Positions 1 through 9,273 of a stretch of DNA of 64,000 nt are shown piece by piece. Under the pieces are notes generated by a model. It was not told the DNA's origin, did no database searches, and saw only the letters and a program-made list of their open reading frames with translations. The stretch covers positions 6,603 to 70,602 of the forward strand of contig CAMDIH010000002.1 of NCBI GenBank assembly GCA_945898515.1, read 5' to 3'. Source of the stretch: Candidatus Neomicrothrix parvicella RN1. Lineage in GTDB: Bacteria > Actinomycetota > Acidimicrobiia > Acidimicrobiales > VFJN01. The position numbers were made by a program, and so were the translations under genes. How positions within the stretch are numbered: position 1 is the stretch's first letter; every line of letters begins with the position of its first letter.

Positions 1-16
1 CAGCCAGGGTGTCTCC

Positions 17-1231
17 TCAGGAATCGGAACCGAGCACGACGGTCACATCAAAGGCATCGGTCGGACGGGGATCATCCACCACGATGCCCGCTCCCAGCGA
101 GTCGCGAATGGCTTCGGCGGCCGCTTTCATACCAGGACCGTGGTAGCGAATCTCCGTGACGGTGTAACTGAAGCGGTCGGCGTTGCCGGCAATCACGATC
201 TCGGCGTTGGCGGGCACCACCAAGGGAGCCGAACGCACCACATGATCCGCATCAGTGCTGCCATTGAGGAGTCGCACCCGCGTGCGGGCCCCTTCCACGT
301 CGCCGGTGGGGAAGGGCACGAGGCCGGCGATCATCTCGTCCACCGCCGGCCGATCCGACCGCAGCACCGGAAACCCATAGGCATCGACGGTCTCGACGAG
401 GGGCAGGGTCACCACCCGCACCGGCCCATCGCCCAAGCCACGAGCAAACCGGCCGATGCCCCCATCAACCTCACCGGGCACGACGTCAGGACGATCTGAA
501 TCAGCAGCAATGGCGGCCGCCCACGCCTCCCAGAACAACTGCTGCCGGTACATCCGAGCGAGATCGCTTTCTCCCTCGATGCGGGCCGCCAACCACGGCC
601 CCACCTGCTCGGGGCTCAAGGACACCGGCCCGACAGGAAACCCCTCTAGGGCGTCGGGGTTCTCAAGGGTCAGCGGCGCAACGGGCCCTACCAACTCCGC
701 CCATCGGGCATCGTCCACCACCACCGCCTCGGAGATCCCGATGCCCAACAAGCCTTGCACACCAACCCGAACACCCGCCGCCGGGGCCTCCCCGTAGGCG
801 TAGCTCACCGAGAGGGGACGCTCATCGGCTCCGCTGCCTGCGAGAGTGGCTCCGGGCACCAAGATCACCGAGCCCCCCGCGTCACCGTTGTTAAGAGCCA
901 CTGCGGCGACCGAATCGAGATTGCCGTTCACCTCATGGAGCACCGCCAGCGTTGGCGTGGGGGTCACAAAGGCCTCGAACCCTGGTGCGGTTGGATCCGT
1001 CACGGTAGACACGATCCGACCTGCTTTACTCGTGCGCACGGTTTGTAGGCCCACATAGGTGAGCACCAAAGACGCCCCCACGGCCACCACCATGCACGAC
1101 GAGAACACCGCCATCCAACGGCGCGACGGTCCCCGTGACGCTCGGCGCGCCGAGCGCACCCCGGTGCCGTGCTCGGGCAGTTCGAGCGCCGCCACCAAAT
1201 CCGAAAGAGGATCGTCTGAAGGACTCGTCAT
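17..1231 (-). CDS. membrane-anchored cell-envelope protein with LytR_C-like C-terminal domain
   Basis: ORF 17..1267. One TM segment (WMAVFSSCMVVAVGASLVLTYVGL). The C-terminus 'TRVRLLNGS...VIAGNADRF...TEIRYHG' resembles LytR_C. Start placed at ATG 1231, which overlaps the nadD stop as ATGA. Confidence 0.55.
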   Translation of the reverse strand: MTSPSDDPLSDLVAALELPEHGTGVRSARRASRGPSRRWMAVFSSCMVVAVGASLVLTYVGLQTVRTSKAGRIVSTVTDPTAPGFEAFVTPTPTLAVLHEVNGNLDSVAAVALNNGDAGGSVILVPGATLAGSGADERPLSVSYAYGEAPAAGVRVGVQGLLGIGISEAVVVDDARWAELVGPVAPLTLENPDALEGFPVGPVSLSPEQVGPWLAARIEGESDLARMYRQQLFWEAWAAAIAADSDRPDVVPGEVDGGIGRFARGLGDGPVRVVTLPLVETVDAYGFPVLRSDRPAVDEMIAGLVPFPTGDVEGARTRVRLLNGSTDADHVVRSAPLVVPANAEIVIAGNADRFSYTVTEIRYHGPGMKAAAEAIRDSLGAGIVVDDPRPTDAFDVTVVLGSDS

Positions 1232-1833
1232 AGCGGATCCTGATACAGATTGTGGGCGAATATCCACTCCACCACTTCCCGGGTGACGAGGTAGTCGAGT
1301 GGCCGCCCATCGCTAACACGAGCCCGAAGGTCGGTACTGGAAACTTGGAGTCCAGGAACCTCCACACTCTCCCACCGGAAACCCTCGAGCGGGGTCACCG
1401 CATCGGCCCCGGGACGCTCCACCACCACGATGGTGGCCTGCTCGCGCACCTCATCGAGACGCTCCCAGGTGGGCAGGCCAGCCGCCGCGTCAGCCCCGAG
1501 CACCACGAAGAAGTCGTCGCTGGGGCTGTCGGCCCTCAACCTGGCCAGGGTGTCGGCCGTGTACGACAGTCCGCCGGCGTCGATCTCAATGCGGCTGGCC
1601 TCCAAGCCCTCCACGTCAGCCACGGCCGCTTCCACCATGCCCAGTCGCTGAGCGGCTGGACTGATGGGCCGAGTGCCGATCTTTTGCCACGGAAGGTCGT
1701 TCACCACGAGCAGAACCCGGTCGAGGCGCAGGCGAAAGCGAACATTGACGGCGCACACGAGATGCCCGACATGCGGAGGGTCAAAGGTGCCTCCGAAGAT
1801 CCCGAGTCGCTCACCCAAACAGCACCGGTTCAT
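1228..1833 (-). CDS. nadD: nicotinate-nucleotide adenylyltransferase
   Basis: 'GIFGGTFDPPHVGHL' nucleotidyltransferase (H/T)xGH motif and NadD-like length. Start uncertain (the ORF extends to 1878). Confidence 0.85.
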   Translation of the reverse strand: MNRCCLGERLGIFGGTFDPPHVGHLVCAVNVRFRLRLDRVLLVVNDLPWQKIGTRPISPAAQRLGMVEAAVADVEGLEASRIEIDAGGLSYTADTLARLRADSPSDDFFVVLGADAAAGLPTWERLDEVREQATIVVVERPGADAVTPLEGFRWESVEVPGLQVSSTDLRARVSDGRPLDYLVTREVVEWIFAHNLYQDPL

Positions 1834-1878
1834 ACATCGCCATCCCCGCAACCTATTCGCTCCGACGGCCGGCGCCAT

Positions 1879-1909
1879 GGCGGCTCACTGAGTGACCAAG
1901 GTCACCGCC
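1879..1909. promoter_or_regulatory. palindrome in the nadD / sigma-factor divergent region
   Basis: 'ggcgg ctcactga gtgacc aa ggtcac cgcc'. GTGACC/GGTCAC is a perfect inverted repeat with a 2-nt spacer, flanked by ggcgg/ccgcc, directly upstream of the longest nadD ORF start. Confidence 0.25.
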
Positions 1910-2020
1910 TAGTCAGGAATCCTCATCTCACCTCCGGTGTTGTTACGAATACTCCTACGAAGGCAGTGGAAATCATTTGTCTCCGGAAGAGTCCATACGA
2001 TACGAATCGTTAGGAACGCT

Positions 2021-2851
2021 ATGACAGATTCAGTAGGTCAATACCTCAACGAAATCGGCCTGGTTCCGCTCCTCACGGCCACCGAGGAACGAGAACTCTC
2101 CCAGGTCGTGGAGGCTGGTACCGCCGCCCGAGAGGCCATCGCACAGGGCGATGACAGCGTCGAAAACCGGCGCATCGCCCGCAAGGGGGCGGCCGCCAAA
2201 GACCGTTTCATCCGGGCCAACCTTCGGCTCGTGGTGTCGGTGGCACGCCGATACCCCCTCCCCCCGGCCATGGAACTCCTAGATCTCGTGCAGGAGGGCA
2301 ATCTGGGGCTTGAGCACGCCGTGGACAAGTTCGATTGGCGTAAGGGGTTCAAGTTCTCCACCTACGCCACGTTCTGGATCCGCCAGGCCATCGGGCGAGC
2401 GCTGGACCAAAAAGCGTCTCTCGTGCGTCTCCCGGGGGATCGATCGGCCGGTCTGCGGGCTGCCCTTCGTCAGGTATCCGGCGACGGCGATGAACTCGAC
2501 GATGACAACGCTCGCCTCTACCGGCTCACCACCCCCACCAGCCTCGATCGCACCGTGGGCGACGACGACGGTAGCGAACTGATGGATCTCATCGCCGACG
2601 AGAAACCTGGTCCCGAAGCGCTCGTGGTGTACGCCGAGGACCAAGCGCTCGTAGGGGACCTCCTCAACGTGCTCGACGATCGGGCCCGCAGCGCCGTAGA
2701 GCAGCGCTTTGGCCTGACCGACGGCCGCAAACGCAGTTATCGGGAGGTGGGCGAAGACCTCGGGGTCACCGCCGAAGCCGCCCGTCGGCTCGTGAAGCGT
2801 GCCGTCACCCTTGTGCGCGAAGAAGCCCTCGCCCGCAGCACCGCCGCCTGA
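2021..2851 (+). CDS. RNA polymerase sigma-70 family factor (RpoD-like, non-ECF)
   Basis: Region 1.2 'VGQYLNEIGLVPLLTATEEREL', region 2 'LRLVVSVARRY...DLVQEGNLGLEHAVDKFDWRKGFKFSTYATFWIRQAI', region 4.2 'SYREVGEDLGVTAEAARRLVKRA'. ATG at 2021. Confidence 0.85.
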   Translation: MTDSVGQYLNEIGLVPLLTATEERELSQVVEAGTAAREAIAQGDDSVENRRIARKGAAAKDRFIRANLRLVVSVARRYPLPPAMELLDLVQEGNLGLEHAVDKFDWRKGFKFSTYATFWIRQAIGRALDQKASLVRLPGDRSAGLRAALRQVSGDGDELDDDNARLYRLTTPTSLDRTVGDDDGSELMDLIADEKPGPEALVVYAEDQALVGDLLNVLDDRARSAVEQRFGLTDGRKRSYREVGEDLGVTAEAARRLVKRAVTLVREEALARSTAA

Positions 2852-2912
2852 GCACCGACCCCGCCAAAGAACTGGCTTTGCCTGTCCGGTCCCCACAGGG
2901 GAGGCTGGAGGC

Positions 2913-4256
2913 GTGACCACTACCTGGGCTCCCTCATCGTGGCGTGCCTACCCTGCCGCCCAGCAGCCGCTCTGGCCCGACGACGCCGCCCTAGCCGGTG
3001 TCCTCAAGCACCTCGGCACCCTTCCCCCCCTCGTGTTCGCCGGAGAAGCACGATCCCTGACCAGCGCCCTCGCTCAGGTGGCGGATGGCCGAGCCTTCCT
3101 CCTGCAGGCTGGCGATTGCGCCGAATCCTTCGATGCCTTCTCCGCCGACGGCATCCGCGATCGCCTCAAGGTCATCCTGCAGATGGCCATCGTCTTGAGT
3201 TACTCCTCCGGTGTGCCCATCGTGAAGGTGGGCCGGATCGCCGGCCAGTTCGCCAAACCTCGGTCCTCCGACACCGAGATGATCGACGGGGTCGAGTACC
3301 CCTCCTTCCGGGGTCACATCGTCAACGACATCCCCCCCACCGCTGCTGCCCGCCTGCCCGACCCTGCCCGACTCCTCCAGGCGTACCACCAATCGGCTTC
3401 CACGCTGAACCTCCTGCGCGCCTTCGTCAAGGGCGGCTTTGCCGACCTCTCGCAGGTACACCAGTGGAACCAGGAGTTCGTGGGCTCCAGCCGCGAGGGC
3501 CAACGTTACGAGCAGCTTGCCGACGAGATCGACCGGGCCTTGCGCTTCATGCGCTCCTGCGGGATCGCGTCGGAAACACAACCCTCGCTACACGAAGTGG
3601 ACTTCTTCACCAGTCACGAGGCCCTGCTGCTCGGCTACGAAGAAGCCCTCACCCGCCAAGACTCCCTCACGGGCCACTGGTATGACTGTTCGGCCCACAT
3701 GGTCTGGATCGGGGAACGCACCCGTCAACTCGACGGTGCTCACGTGGAGTTCTTCCGGGGGATCCACAACCCCATCGGCTGCAAAATCGGCCCCACCGCC
3801 ACTGCCGAAGAGGTCCTCGATCTCTGTGAGGCCCTCGACCCCCATCGGATCCCCGGCCGCCTCACGCTCATTACCCGTATGGGCGCCGATCACATCGAAG
3901 ACGGGCTCCGCCCGCTCCTGGCGGCGGTTCGCGATGCTGGTCGCAGCGTCGTGTGGGCCTGTGATCCCATGCACGGCAACACCTTCACCGCCGCGGGGGG
4001 CCGCAAGACCCGCCACCTCGATGCGGTGCTGGCCGAGATCGGTGGCTTCTTCGCGGCCCATCAGGCCGAGGGCACCTGGCCCGGTGGGGTGCACGTCGAA
4101 CTGACCGGCGACAACGTGACGGAATGCCTCGGCGGTGCCGAAGAAATCGTGGATGCCGACCTCGAGGCCCGGTACGAGACCATCTGTGATCCCCGGCTGA
4201 ACGGTCGGCAGTCCGTCGACCTGGCCTTTCGGGTGAGCGAGTTGCTGAAACGATAA
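2913..4256 (+). CDS. aroG: 3-deoxy-7-phosphoheptulonate (DAHP) synthase, class II
   Basis: About 448 aa with the class II signature N-terminus 'WRAYPAAQQPLWPD', 'QAGDCAESF' and 'WIGERTRQLDGAHVEF'. GTG at 2913 is preceded by GGAGG (2906-2910). Confidence 0.85.
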   Translation: MTTTWAPSSWRAYPAAQQPLWPDDAALAGVLKHLGTLPPLVFAGEARSLTSALAQVADGRAFLLQAGDCAESFDAFSADGIRDRLKVILQMAIVLSYSSGVPIVKVGRIAGQFAKPRSSDTEMIDGVEYPSFRGHIVNDIPPTAAARLPDPARLLQAYHQSASTLNLLRAFVKGGFADLSQVHQWNQEFVGSSREGQRYEQLADEIDRALRFMRSCGIASETQPSLHEVDFFTSHEALLLGYEEALTRQDSLTGHWYDCSAHMVWIGERTRQLDGAHVEFFRGIHNPIGCKIGPTATAEEVLDLCEALDPHRIPGRLTLITRMGADHIEDGLRPLLAAVRDAGRSVVWACDPMHGNTFTAAGGRKTRHLDAVLAEIGGFFAAHQAEGTWPGGVHVELTGDNVTECLGGAEEIVDADLEARYETICDPRLNGRQSVDLAFRVSELLKR

Positions 4257-4359
4257 TTTTCGCAGGATCGGGAATGTTGACCGATCAAGTCAGGTTTGGG
4301 ATGATTGTTGAGCGATCCACTCAAGATTAGACCGCTACACCCAACCCTGAGAGCCACCC

Positions 4360-6129
4360 ATGTTGCAGCGTGAGATCGACCCGGAAGCCCAGGTCGACAT
4401 CGAGAAGTTTGAGACACAGTTGGCCCGGTACCTCGCCGGGGAGCTCGAAGAAGACGCCTTCCGGGTGTTTCGTCTGAACAACGGAATTTACGGCCAACGC
4501 CAGGGCGGCCACCACCAAATGGTTCGGGTCAAGGTTCCTTTCGGGTCGATCACCCCTGAGCAACTCGACATGTTCGCCCATCTCGCCGAGACCTACAGCC
4601 GCGGCTGGGGCCACCTCACCACACGCCAGAACATCCAGTTCCACTTCGTCGATCTCGAGCAGGTTCCTGCCCTGATGCGAGACATGGCGTCGGTGGGCCT
4701 CACCTCTCGCGAAGCCTGCGGCGACACGGTGCGCAACGTGATGGGTTGCCACCTCGCCGGCGCCTGCCCCCACGAGGCCCTCGACATCAGTCCGTGGGCC
4801 GAGGCGGCGCACCAACACTTCCTCCACAACCCGCTCAGCCAGCGTCTTCCCCGCAAGTTCAAGATCAACTTCTCCGGGTGCGAAACCGACTGTGGCCAGG
4901 CGATGTTCAACGACGTCGGAGTGATCGCCACCACCCGCACCCTCCCCGATGGCCGCCGCGAAGCCGGCTTCCGGGTGTTCATCGCCGGGGGCCTTGGGGC
5001 CAACCCGCACCCGGCGCTCGCCCTCGAAGAGTTCACCGCCCGCGAAGACCTGCTGATCACCCTCGAGTCCGTCCTACGGGTGTTCTCGAATCACGGAAAC
5101 CGCGACAACAAACTTCGCGCCCGTATGAAGTGGCTGGTGGACACCATGGGTTGGGAAGACCTGCAGGCCCGTGTCCTGAAGGAACGCAAACTCCTCGTCG
5201 CATCCTCCTCCTGGCCCGGCGGCCTCCCCGAAAGCGTCCAGCAACACGGCGATGCCCCCGCTGGTCTCGGCCAGGGCGTCACCCCCACCCCCGTCGGACA
5301 GGGCACGCCGGTCACCCTCAGTCGCCGCGATCCTTACCAGGCCTGGGACGATGCCAACGTGGTGCGCGGCGTGGCCAAGGGCACGGTTTCGGCGGTGGCC
5401 TACGCCCGCCTTGGCGATGTGACCACCGACCAACTGCGGGCTCTCGCTTCCATCCAGCGGGAACTCCGGGCCGACGTGCGCATCACCAATCGGCAGAACC
5501 TGGTGTTCCGCGACCTCACGGAGGCCCAACTCCCCCTCTTGCACCAGCGCCTCGCCTCCATTGGCATGGACAAACCCGGGGCCGAGTTGGCCCGGGATGT
5601 GGTGGCCTGCCCCGGTGCCGACACCTGCAACCTTGCCGTCACCCAGAGCCGCGGGTTGGCTGACGCCATCGGGGTGGCCCTGGATGCCGCCGGACTCGCC
5701 GAGGTGGATGGGATCCGCACGAACATTTCGGGCTGCACCAATAGTTGCGGTCAGCACCACATCTCCGACATCGGCTTCTTCGGGGCCGAACGCCGAGCCC
5801 ACGGACAGTCGGCGCCGGGTTACCAGTTGCTGCTCGGCGGCTATGTGGGCCAAGAAAAAATTCACTTCGGGCAAAAGGCCTTGCGGCTGCCGGCGAAAAA
5901 CGCGCCGGAAGCCGTGGTGCGAGTGGTGCAGCGCTTCAACGATGAGCGCAACGCGGGTGAGGTATTCCGCTCCTGGGTCGACCGCGTCGGTGGCGTTACC
6001 GCCATCGCCGACGGGCTCCGCGACCTTGATGAGTTCCCCACCCCCGAGGACGGCCCGGAGTACTACGTGGACTATGACGAGACGGGCCCCTACGTCGCCG
6101 AGGTGGGCGACTCGGAGTGTGCGACATGA
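4360..6129 (+). CDS. sirA: ferredoxin-dependent sulfite reductase (nitrite/sulfite reductase family)
   Basis: Siroheme/4Fe-4S cysteine clusters 'CPGADTCNLA' and 'SGCTNSCGQHH'. Sits directly upstream of cysH with an ATGA overlap. Confidence 0.85.
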   Translation: MLQREIDPEAQVDIEKFETQLARYLAGELEEDAFRVFRLNNGIYGQRQGGHHQMVRVKVPFGSITPEQLDMFAHLAETYSRGWGHLTTRQNIQFHFVDLEQVPALMRDMASVGLTSREACGDTVRNVMGCHLAGACPHEALDISPWAEAAHQHFLHNPLSQRLPRKFKINFSGCETDCGQAMFNDVGVIATTRTLPDGRREAGFRVFIAGGLGANPHPALALEEFTAREDLLITLESVLRVFSNHGNRDNKLRARMKWLVDTMGWEDLQARVLKERKLLVASSSWPGGLPESVQQHGDAPAGLGQGVTPTPVGQGTPVTLSRRDPYQAWDDANVVRGVAKGTVSAVAYARLGDVTTDQLRALASIQRELRADVRITNRQNLVFRDLTEAQLPLLHQRLASIGMDKPGAELARDVVACPGADTCNLAVTQSRGLADAIGVALDAAGLAEVDGIRTNISGCTNSCGQHHISDIGFFGAERRAHGQSAPGYQLLLGGYVGQEKIHFGQKALRLPAKNAPEAVVRVVQRFNDERNAGEVFRSWVDRVGGVTAIADGLRDLDEFPTPEDGPEYYVDYDETGPYVAEVGDSECAT

Positions 6130-6803
6130 GCACGATGCTCGAGGTGAACCACTTCAGCGATGGGGAGTTGGCCGAACTCAATCGCCGATTCGAGCACCTG
6201 CCGGCCGACCAAATTATCCAGTGGGCCGTCGATAGCTTCGCCCCCCACCTGAGCCTGAGCACCTCCATGAACGATGCCGTGCTGATTGATCTGGCCACCA
6301 AGGTGCACCCGGGCATTGAGGTCGTGTTCATCGACACCGGCTACCACTTCGCCGAGACACTCGAAACAGTTGAGACGGTGCGCCGGCGCTACGGCCTAAA
6401 CCTGCGCATCATGACCGTCCCCCACCACGACGAAGAACTCTGGCGGGTGGACCCGGAGAACTGCTGCTCGGCGGTGAAAGTGGGTCAACTCGACCGAGCC
6501 CTCGAAGGAAAAGCGGCGTGGATGAGCGGCCTGCGACGAGAAGAAGCACCCACTCGGGGAGAGGCCCCGATCGTCGTGCGCGACCTGCGTGGTCTCGTGA
6601 AGGTGAACCCACTTGCGACCTGGACCTCGACGGATGTGGACAACTACATCGCTGAGCACGATGTGCCGGTGAACGCCCTGAAGGCGCAGGGCTACCTGTC
6701 CATCGGCTGCCAACCCTGCACCTCAATACCCAGCGACCCCGAGGATCCTCGCTCCGGGCGATGGGCCGGGGCCGGCAAGACGGAGTGCGGCCTGCACGAC
6801 TGA
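6126..6803 (+). CDS. cysH: adenylylsulfate/phosphoadenylylsulfate reductase (thioredoxin-dependent)
   Basis: C-terminal 'ECGLH' catalytic motif, plus 'CC' (ENCCSAVKV) and 'CQPC' cysteines typical of Fe-S-containing APS reductases. The ATG at 6126 overlaps the sirA stop. Confidence 0.9.
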   Translation: MSTMLEVNHFSDGELAELNRRFEHLPADQIIQWAVDSFAPHLSLSTSMNDAVLIDLATKVHPGIEVVFIDTGYHFAETLETVETVRRRYGLNLRIMTVPHHDEELWRVDPENCCSAVKVGQLDRALEGKAAWMSGLRREEAPTRGEAPIVVRDLRGLVKVNPLATWTSTDVDNYIAEHDVPVNALKAQGYLSIGCQPCTSIPSDPEDPRSGRWAGAGKTECGLHD

Positions 6804-6820
6804 TCGCCGCCGTACCCCGC

Positions 6821-8302
6821 TCAGGCGAGGTAGTCGACGAACTTCTCGAGTTGCCGAAGGTTGCGGCACTCGAACGTGCCGTCACAATGGTTGGCGTACT
6901 CCCCCACGATGGAGTCGCCGGTGTCCCAGTAGGACTTCGGCTCCGGGTTCAGCCAGTAGAGGTGCCGCGCCCTCTTTTCGATCTCCTTCAGCACCCAGGC
7001 CTGCGACGCGTGGTAATTGTTCCGGGCATCGCCAAGGATCATCACCGTGGTCTTCGAACTGATTTCCTTGCCGTAGCGCTGCCAGAACACCTCGAAGGCA
7101 TGGCCGTAGTCGGAGTGGCCGTCCACCCACACCACATCGGCCTCGGTGTTCACGCGATGGACGGCCTCGGCGATGTCGTCGATGCCCTCGAACAGACGGG
7201 TCACTTCGTCGAGACCATCGATGAATACGAACGCCCGCACCTTCGAGAACTGCCCCGAAATGGCATAGACGAGATGAAGGGTAAACCGGGCGAACGAAGC
7301 CACCGACCCGGAGATGTCGGCGATCACAAAAATCTCAGGCTTCGTCGGTCGCGGATACTTGAACTTCGGCTCGGCCGGTACGCCCCCGTAGGACAGGGAG
7401 TGGCGCACCGTATTGCGGAAGTCGAGCGGTCCCTTGCGTCCGTGGCGGCGCTTCCGGGCCAGCCGCACCGCCAACTTGCGGGTGAGGGGGTAGATGGCCT
7501 TACGAAGCGACGCCATCTCCTCCCGCGATGCGTGCATGAAATCCACATCCTCGGGCAGGGGCTTGCGCAGCGTACGCGCCATGGCCTCTACGCCCCGATC
7601 CGCCACCAGGGCCCGGCGAATCTCGCCTTCAATCTCCTTCTTCAACTGATCGATGCGGCTCTGGTATTCGTCGTGCTCGAGACGCTCCTCAAGGGGACTG
7701 AGCGCCTCCGGCGAATCTTGCCGGGCCTGGTTCATCAACTTTTCCAGCACTGCGTCGAGATCCAGGTTCCGCAGCGTGCGGTAGAGGTAGTAGGTGCCGC
7801 CCACCGGGCGGCCCGGCTCCATGCCCGCAAAACGTCGCACGGCCTGACGAGCAACCGCTCGCATGAGGGCATCATCGCCCCGCTGAAGTGCCTTGTAGAG
7901 CATCTCGGCGATCTCCTCGGGGGTCAGGCTCTCGCCCCCTCCCGAGCCGTTACGCGGCCCATCACCCTGCATCTCCTCTTGCTGTTCCAGCTCCTCGAGA
8001 AGTTGGGCCAACGCGTCGTCGCCCCCGTCGCCCATGCGGAACTGCGATCCCCGCAGCGAAAAATACACCTCGAACACGGTCTCAAAGGCCCGCCAGTGGG
8101 TGTTGTTCTTCACCAGCGTGGCTGCCAAGGCGTACTTGAACGCCTCCCGATCCTCCAGCGGGATGTGTTTCACCGCTTCCATGGCATCGAGGTTCTCGGT
8201 GAGGCTCACCGGCAATCCCGCTTGGCGGAGCTCTTGGATGAAGCCAGCCAACAACTCCGTCATCGCCTCGCCGGCGGCCCGCTCAGGGTGGAGGTCGGTC
8301 AC
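6821..8302 (-). CDS. vWA domain protein, CoxE-like
   Basis: C-terminal vWA domain with MIDAS 'DISGS' (IFVIADISGSVASF). Lies immediately downstream of a MoxR-type ATPase. Confidence 0.8.
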   Translation of the reverse strand: MTDLHPERAAGEAMTELLAGFIQELRQAGLPVSLTENLDAMEAVKHIPLEDREAFKYALAATLVKNNTHWRAFETVFEVYFSLRGSQFRMGDGGDDALAQLLEELEQQEEMQGDGPRNGSGGGESLTPEEIAEMLYKALQRGDDALMRAVARQAVRRFAGMEPGRPVGGTYYLYRTLRNLDLDAVLEKLMNQARQDSPEALSPLEERLEHDEYQSRIDQLKKEIEGEIRRALVADRGVEAMARTLRKPLPEDVDFMHASREEMASLRKAIYPLTRKLAVRLARKRRHGRKGPLDFRNTVRHSLSYGGVPAEPKFKYPRPTKPEIFVIADISGSVASFARFTLHLVYAISGQFSKVRAFVFIDGLDEVTRLFEGIDDIAEAVHRVNTEADVVWVDGHSDYGHAFEVFWQRYGKEISSKTTVMILGDARNNYHASQAWVLKEIEKRARHLYWLNPEPKSYWDTGDSIVGEYANHCDGTFECRNLRQLEKFVDYLA

Positions 8303-8310
8303 GAACGCTC

Positions 8311-9219
8311 CTACTTGCCTGCGCTGGCCTTTTGAATGGTGCCGTGCTCTTGGTCGAGCTCGCGCACCGCTTTGGTGATGTCGCTTTGATACTTGAGGAG
8401 AATGTTGATCGTAGCCTTGGCTGTCTCGGCATCCACATGCTCGATTCCGAGGAGCAGCAGCGTGCGCGCCCAGTCGATCGTCTCGGAAACCGACGGGGCC
8501 TTCTTCAACTCCAACTGCCGGATCGACCGCACGATGCGAGCCACCTGATCGGCGAGGGAGTCGGTAATATCGGGAACCTTGGTGAGGACGATCTCCTTTT
8601 CCCGTTCCAGATCCGGGTAGTCCACGTGGAGGAACAAGCAGCGACGCTTGAGGGCCTCGGAAAGTTCGCGGGTGTTGTTCGAGGTAAGGAAGACCAGCGG
8701 AATCTGCTTGGCCACGATGGTTCCCAGTTCGGGGATCGACACCTGGTAGTCCGAGAGAATCTCCAACAGCAGGGCCTCGGTCTCCACCTCGACGCGGTCA
8801 ACTTCGTCGATCAACAAGACCACCGGATCGTCGGCGGTGATGGCCTCCAGAAGGGGACGGGTGAGCAGGAATTCATCGGAGAAAATGTCGTCTTCGATCT
8901 GCTCCCAGGCGTTTCCCTCGCCCCGCTCGGCCTGGATCCGCAGCAACTGCTTCTTGTAATTCCACTCGAACAGTGCCTTGGACTCGTCGAGCCCCTCGTA
9001 GCACTGCAGGCGGATCAAGCGCGCCCCAGACATCTCCGCCACGGACTTCGCCAACTGGGTCTTGCCGGTTCCTGCGGGGCCTTCCACCAGGATCGGTTTC
9101 CCTAGCCGATCGGCTAGGTACACGATGCCGGCGATCCCCTCATCCGACAGGTAATCCACATTGCGGAGGCCTTCACGAACCTCGGCGACGGACTCGAAAC
9201 GGTACGTCTGATCAGGCAT
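8311..9219 (-). CDS. MoxR-family AAA+ ATPase (CoxD-like)
   Basis: Walker A 'GPAGTGKT' and Walker B 'VLLIDEVDR'. About 300 aa, typical of MoxR. Confidence 0.85.
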   Translation of the reverse strand: MPDQTYRFESVAEVREGLRNVDYLSDEGIAGIVYLADRLGKPILVEGPAGTGKTQLAKSVAEMSGARLIRLQCYEGLDESKALFEWNYKKQLLRIQAERGEGNAWEQIEDDIFSDEFLLTRPLLEAITADDPVVLLIDEVDRVEVETEALLLEILSDYQVSIPELGTIVAKQIPLVFLTSNNTRELSEALKRRCLFLHVDYPDLEREKEIVLTKVPDITDSLADQVARIVRSIRQLELKKAPSVSETIDWARTLLLLGIEHVDAETAKATINILLKYQSDITKAVRELDQEHGTIQKASAGK

Positions 9220-9273
9220 AGGAGCAGCCTACGGTCTCACTTGACCGGTCGGTCAATCTCATGATTCTGACGC

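Noticed and set aside
2799-2912. Upstream ATG start for the DAHP synthase, overlapping the sigma-factor gene
   Set aside because: The extra 38 residues are Pro/Ala/Arg-rich and overlap the sigma-factor 3' end. The GTG at 2913 has a GGAGG ribosome-binding site and gives the usual class II length.
4257-4359. Possible riboswitch or leader upstream of sirA (an AT-richer 103-bp spacer)
   Set aside because: I could not match it to SAM-type or other riboswitch consensus sequences by eye. There is only a weak TTGACC (4277-4282) promoter-like hexamer without a convincing -10 element, which is not enough to call.
6761-8335. 524-aa ORF on the plus strand, antisense to the vWA gene
   Set aside because: It is a shadow ORF typical of high-GC DNA. 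Its translation is Arg/Gly/His/Leu-rich with no motifs, while the minus-strand frame carries a clear vWA MIDAS domain.
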